Shown here piece by piece: positions 47,201-50,840 of a stretch of 50,840 bases of DNA. The stretch is taken from the NCBI GenBank assembly GCA_035268405.1, contig DATFKW010000091.1, positions 1-50,840 of the forward strand, written 5' to 3'. The notes beneath the pieces are model-generated. The model was not told the origin of the DNA. It made no database searches and saw only the letters and a list, made by a program, of their open reading frames with translations. A program made the translations under genes and the position numbers. This DNA is from Gammaproteobacteria bacterium (lineage in GTDB: Bacteria; Pseudomonadota; Gammaproteobacteria; Steroidobacterales; XN24). The stretch's first letter is position 1, and every line of letters starts with the position of its first letter.

Positions 47201-48154
47201 GGCCGGCTCTGGGCGGACAGCGGCCAGGCCGCGGCGCAGCAGTCGTCGTCCGGGCAGCCGCCGGGTGATCGCGCCGAGCCGGCGTCGCTCGACCCCGCCC
47301 GGGTGCCGCCGCTGGATATAGAGATCGAGGATGCGCGCTACGGGGACATCCGCCTGGGCAGCGTGTCCGCGCGCGTGCTGCACGAGGAGGACGGTTTCGA
47401 GCTGATCGGCCTGGAGGGCATCGGCGAGGGCTTCATCATCCAGGCCGAGGGCAGCTCGCGCCTGTCCGACACGGTCGACCAGTCGCGGCTGGGCGTCACC
47501 ATAGAGAGTGACGACGTGGGTGCGACGCTCGAGTACATGGGTTTTCGTCGCAGCATGGATGCCCGGCAAGCGAGTTTCGAGGCCGACGTGCGCTGGACGG
47601 GCGGATTGCGCAGCGACTGGCTGGCGGCGATCGAGGGAGAGGCGAGCATCCTCATAAGGGACGGGACGCTGGTGGGCGTCGAGCCCGGCGCGGGCCGGGT
47701 CTTCGGGCTGTTGAGCGTGCAGGCATTGCCGCGACGGCTCGCGCTCGACTTCAAGGACGTGTTCGGCGAAGGCACGGCCTTCGATCGCATCCGGGGCGAC
47801 TTCCGCTTCGAGGACGGCAGCGCGTACACCGACAACCTCGTCATGCAGGGGCCGGCCGCCGAAATGGTCGTGGTGGGCCGGATCGGGCTGGTGGAGCGGG
47901 ACTATGACCAGAAAGTGGTGATCGCGGCGGACCTGGGGCGCACCCTGCCGGTGGCGGGCACCGTGGTGGGCGGACCTGCCGTCGGCGCCGCGCTGTTCCT
48001 GCTGTCCGAGATCCTCAGCAAGCCCTTCGAGACGCAGGTGACTTATCACCTCGGCGGATCGTGGGAGGACCCGGTGGTCGAGCGGTTGGGCAGCGGCGCC
48101 GTGCCGCCGCCTGGAAACGGCGGACGCGATGCGCGCGAGGGCGGCCGCCCATGA
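44270..48154 (+). CDS. yhdP: YhdP family (AsmA-like) phospholipid transport protein
   Basis: ~1,290 aa, N-terminal TM helix, C-terminal LPRRLALDFKDVF and YHLGGSWEDP; located between rng and nitrilase/tldD; start uncertain. Confidence 0.9.
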   Translation: MIRKLWRIAAGLFAGAVILAALLVGGLRLALVQAPEYREQVEARVSEALGRPVELGSMDARLGLRGPELSFTDAQVMSRDGERRVLAASGGALQFDPWSLLQGELSPASVRLRGVRLRVERDAQGDWRLLGSEALHEPRARDTSWPVIAELPAGRLELQDLEIELDDRQRDLGPWLMQVDQLDLEIDGAQLNLSADGRLPEALGGGFALSASVSSQDARGRPSDWHVGLSVDRLDLAAARELAGRHAAVPSGGAVDGSFSASADSDGLARVAGELSATSLRLPVPATVAADAPAQADYEQLGASFEWRRGAFGWELELAGLTVERGDRNWQSERVALAFEEASSGAEGRAGRYRLSADRLRLEDLVPAAHWLPEKARSRVLALAPRGMLLQLETHVGWPLADARAPGFRIATRFEDLALAPLRPMPGLSGLSGNLAGDSDAGSAQLRGSGARVELPWLFRDAIALREAALELEWSRDPESLRLRVARLEAANQDAAVSASGQLEIPGDGASPRIDLEAVARDVQLAAAPRYLPVAIMPERVVTWLDSALLAGRVAEARAVFRGATQDFPFRDDEGLFKVEFDIADGQLDFRPGWPSADALAASVRFENEGLWAEVQEARLLEVKAGPASVAIPDLRQGRLSIEGEARGELGEFRRFALASDFLERILGRGLAPAEVRAGEASAEVDLLLPLRSIRDTRAVVDLQISGGTVAYGFLGEPVRDIDARINIDNAQVSAREIRASLAGEAFSADITVLEDGAIRLAGGGAIDAGGLARVLRLPIDTWARGTTDWRAQLQFPAPGSLAPLELAFSSQLEGLAIELPEPLFKSAEQARQLRVKAAFPTAGLVDAELEWDDSLRVNARIDRSGPEPVLLAVPGAVEGEPAGLAFSGAIRELDLGAWLELEFPERIDASGLPAQIAGGRVLIGHLDAPWLPSDDLLLDVARQADHWQVELNAMRVEGTLEVPFALYGDEPLRARLGRLWADSGQAAAQQSSSGQPPGDRAEPASLDPARVPPLDIEIEDARYGDIRLGSVSARVLHEEDGFELIGLEGIGEGFIIQAEGSSRLSDTVDQSRLGVTIESDDVGATLEYMGFRRSMDARQASFEADVRWTGGLRSDWLAAIEGEASILIRDGTLVGVEPGAGRVFGLLSVQALPRRLALDFKDVFGEGTAFDRIRGDFRFEDGSAYTDNLVMQGPAAEMVVVGRIGLVERDYDQKVVIAADLGRTLPVAGTVVGGPAVGAALFLLSEILSKPFETQVTYHLGGSWEDPVVERLGSGAVPPPGNGGRDAREGGRP

Positions 48155-48999
48155 TGCCGCGCGTCGCCGCCGTGCAGATGTCTTCGGGTCCCGACCTGGA
48201 AGCGAACCTCGCCCAGGCCGAAGTCCTGCTGGAAGAGGCGGCGCGCGCCGGCGCATCGCTGGCCGCCCTGCCGGAGAATTTTTCCTTCCTCGGGCGCAGC
48301 GAGACGGACCGGATCGCCCGCGCCGAGGCGCCGGGCGACGGCCCGGTCCAGGCCTTCCTCGCCTCGCGCGCGCGGCAGCTCGGGCTGTGGATCGTGGGCG
48401 GCACCCTGCCGGTGCTCGAGCCTGGAGAGTCGCGGCCGCGCGCGGCCAGCATCCTGTATGACACCGACGGCGCGGCGGTGGCGCGCTACGACAAGCTGCA
48501 CCTGTTCGATGTCGGGCTGCCCGGCAGCGACGAGGGCTACCGCGAGTCCGCCGGCGCCAGCGCGGGCCACGGGGCCGTGGTGGCCGCAAGCCCCGCCGGG
48601 CGGCTCGGGCTGGCGGTCTGTTACGATGTGCGCTTTCCAGAATTGTTCCGATCCATGGCGACCGCGGGCCTGGAGACGATCTCCCTGCCGTCGGCGTTCA
48701 CGGTGCCCACCGGCCGGGCGCACTGGGAGCTCCTGCTGCGGGCCCGGGCCGTGGAAAACCTGGCCTTCATGCTCGCGCCCGCCCAGTGGGGCGAGCACGA
48801 GGGCGGCCGCAGGACCTGGGGCGATTCCATGATCATCAACCACTGGGGCGAGGTGCTGGCCCGCCGCCGGGAAGGCATCGGCGTGATCGTCGCCGACCTG
48901 GACATGGAGGCGCAACGCGAGGCGCGCCGCCGCTTTCCCGCGCTGGAGCACCGGCGACCGCCGGAGGCCCTGCGCCCGCCCACGGAGAAGGACGAATGA
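48151..48999 (+). CDS. Carbon-nitrogen hydrolase (Nit1-like, deaminated glutathione amidase type)
   Basis: E-K-C triad: [21 protein letters not shown]; ARAVEN. Confidence 0.92.
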   Translation: MMPRVAAVQMSSGPDLEANLAQAEVLLEEAARAGASLAALPENFSFLGRSETDRIARAEAPGDGPVQAFLASRARQLGLWIVGGTLPVLEPGESRPRAASILYDTDGAAVARYDKLHLFDVGLPGSDEGYRESAGASAGHGAVVAASPAGRLGLAVCYDVRFPELFRSMATAGLETISLPSAFTVPTGRAHWELLLRARAVENLAFMLAPAQWGEHEGGRRTWGDSMIINHWGEVLARRREGIGVIVADLDMEAQREARRRFPALEHRRPPEALRPPTEKDE

Positions 49000-50438
49000 A
49001 CGACAACGCCCCTGCACTCATAGCGGACCGGCTGCTGGGCCCCGCCGGGCTGGAGCAGCGCGACCTCGACCGGCTGCTGGGCCGCATCATGGGCCGCAAC
49101 GTGGACGCTGCGGACATCTACCTCCAGGCGCTGCGCCAGGAGGCCTGGACGCTGGAGGACGGCAAGGTCAAGGACGCCAGCCACGTGATCGAACAGGGCG
49201 CGGGCATACGCGCGGTCAGTGGCGAAAAAACCGGTTTCGCCTATTCGGACGAGCTGCTGATGCCGGCCTTGAGCGCCGCTTCCGAGGCGGCGCGCGCCAT
49301 CACGCGCGAGGGCGGCACGCGCACCGTTGCGGCCTGGCGCGCATCCCGGCCGACGCCGCTGTATCCCGACCTGGACCCGCTGGGCACGCTCAGCGATCCG
49401 GAGAAGATCGCGCTGCTGGAGCGGCTGGACGCCGTGACGCGCGCGGTGGACCCGCGGATTCGCGAGGTGGTGGTCAGCCTGGTGGGCGTGCATGAACTGA
49501 TACTCGTGGCGGCCAGCGACGGCACACTGGCCACCGACGTCCGCCCGCTGATCCGCGTCAACGTGATGGCCATCGCCGAGCAGGACGGGCGCCGCGAGCA
49601 GGGTTTCGCGGGCGGCGGCGGCCGCTTCGGCTACGGCTGGCTGACCGACGACGCTCATGCCGAGTCATTCGCACGCGAGGCCGCGCGCCAGGCGCTGGTC
49701 AACCTGGAAGCCATCCCCGCGCCGGCCGGGACCATGCCCGTGGTACTCGGGCCGGGCTGGCCGGGGGTGCTGCTGCACGAGGCGATCGGCCACGGCCTGG
49801 AGGGCGATTTCAACCGGCGCGGTACCTCGGCCTTCGCCGGCCGCATTGGCGAGAAAGTCGCTTCGCCGCTTTGCACCGTGGTCGACGACGGCACGCTGCC
49901 GGGCCGCCGGGGCTCGCTGACCATCGACGACGAGGGCACGCCTTCCAGTTGCACCACGCTGATCGAGAACGGTGTGCTCAAGGGCTACCTGCAGGACAAG
50001 CTCAACGCGCGCCTGATGGGCACGCACTCCACCGGCAACGCGCGGCGCGAAAGCTTCGCCCACCTGCCCATGCCGCGCATGACCAACACCTACATGCTGG
50101 CCGGCCCGCACGATCCCGCCGAGATCATCGGCAGCGTCGAGCGCGGCCTCTATGCCGTCAACTTCGGCGGCGGGCAGGTGGACATCACGTCCGGCAAGTT
50201 CGTGTTTTCCGCCAGCGAGGCCTACCTGGTGGAGAACGGCCGGATCACGGCGCCGGTCAAGGGCGCGACCCTGATCGGTAACGGCCCGGACGTGCTCACG
50301 CGGGTGTCCATGGTCGGCAACGATCTGAAGCTGGACGCGGGCATCGGCGTCTGCGGCAAGGAAGGGCAGAGCGTTCCGGTCGGCGTCGGCCAGCCGACGC
50401 TGAAGGTGGACGCGCTGACGGTCGGCGGGACGGGCTGA
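48996..50438 (+). CDS. tldD: Metalloprotease TldD
   Basis: [43 protein letters not shown]. Confidence 0.97.
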   Translation: MNDNAPALIADRLLGPAGLEQRDLDRLLGRIMGRNVDAADIYLQALRQEAWTLEDGKVKDASHVIEQGAGIRAVSGEKTGFAYSDELLMPALSAASEAARAITREGGTRTVAAWRASRPTPLYPDLDPLGTLSDPEKIALLERLDAVTRAVDPRIREVVVSLVGVHELILVAASDGTLATDVRPLIRVNVMAIAEQDGRREQGFAGGGGRFGYGWLTDDAHAESFAREAARQALVNLEAIPAPAGTMPVVLGPGWPGVLLHEAIGHGLEGDFNRRGTSAFAGRIGEKVASPLCTVVDDGTLPGRRGSLTIDDEGTPSSCTTLIENGVLKGYLQDKLNARLMGTHSTGNARRESFAHLPMPRMTNTYMLAGPHDPAEIIGSVERGLYAVNFGGGQVDITSGKFVFSASEAYLVENGRITAPVKGATLIGNGPDVLTRVSMVGNDLKLDAGIGVCGKEGQSVPVGVGQPTLKVDALTVGGTG

Positions 50439-50460
50439 GCGGCGCCTGCCGACACGGGTT

Positions 50461-50840
50461 TCAGCGAGGTCCGGCGCGTCTCGCCCGGTACGCCTCGGCA
50501 TGCTCCACCAGCGCGCGGAACAAGCCCCGCTGGCGGCGGAGAAACAGCAGAAACTCCGGGTGCCACTGGACGCCGAGCAGGAAATCGCGGGCGGGGTCCT
50601 CGACCGACTGCACGATTCCGTCCAGGTCGCGGCCGGATACCCGCAACGGTTCGCCGACGCGATCGATGGCCTGGTTGTGCAGGCTGTTGATCTGGCAGCG
50701 CTCGGCGTCCAGCAGTTCCGCCAGCCAGCTGTCCTGCTCGATGCACAGCGTCTTGAGCGGCAGCACCGTCCAGCGGTTGGAGGTCTTGCTGCGGCGCGAG
50801 GCGAGTTCCTGGAACAGCGTTCCGCCCAGTCGCACGTTCA
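50461..50840 (-). CDS. Gamma-glutamyl-GABA hydrolase / peptidase C26 family, C-terminal part (partial)
   Basis: GGTLFQ, INSLHNQAI, LGVQWHPEFL (class I glutamine amidotransferase). Confidence 0.88.
   Translation of the reverse strand, partial: NVRLGGTLFQELASRRSKTSNRWTVLPLKTLCIEQDSWLAELLDAERCQINSLHNQAIDRVGEPLRVSGRDLDGIVQSVEDPARDFLLGVQWHPEFLLFLRRQRGLFRALVEHAEAYRARRAGPR

Overview
Core-chromosome segment of a very GC-rich Gammaproteobacterium; gene order resembles Xanthomonadales/Chromatiales-type genomes (inference). Bases 1-13.9 kb hold the 3' end of tuf and the complete S10-spc-alpha ribosomal protein cluster (rpsJ to rplQ, including rpmJ, which the ORF track missed), closed by an intrinsic terminator. 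Bases 14-22.4 kb are an accessory block: 5'-nucleotidase, GNAT, a probable catalytically dead retropepsin-like lipoprotein with a CTG start, GGT, an ABM-domain protein and a PGAP1-like hydrolase on the plus strand; an RNase Sa/barnase-barstar-NhaC-small protein chain hangs off the end of uvrA on the minus strand. Then follow uvrA/ssb, miaB-phoH-ybeY-corC-lnt, leuS-lptE, a ~5.3 kb block splitting lptE from holA, holA-nadD-rsfS-rlmH-maf-rng-yhdP-nitrilase-tldD and a partial PuuD-like gene. The best lead is a 100-aa leader ORF (hydrophobic segment, HH/CxxC, terminal RGPP) upstream of a ZnuD-like TonB-dependent receptor. Its stall-site codons are complementary to the receptor's Shine-Dalgarno, suggesting a metal-sensing ribosome-stalling switch. 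A second lead is an internal promoter with a structured ~180-nt leader before rplC. No rRNA, tRNA, CRISPR array or mobile element was recognised. All family assignments are from motif recognition by eye; no searches were run.
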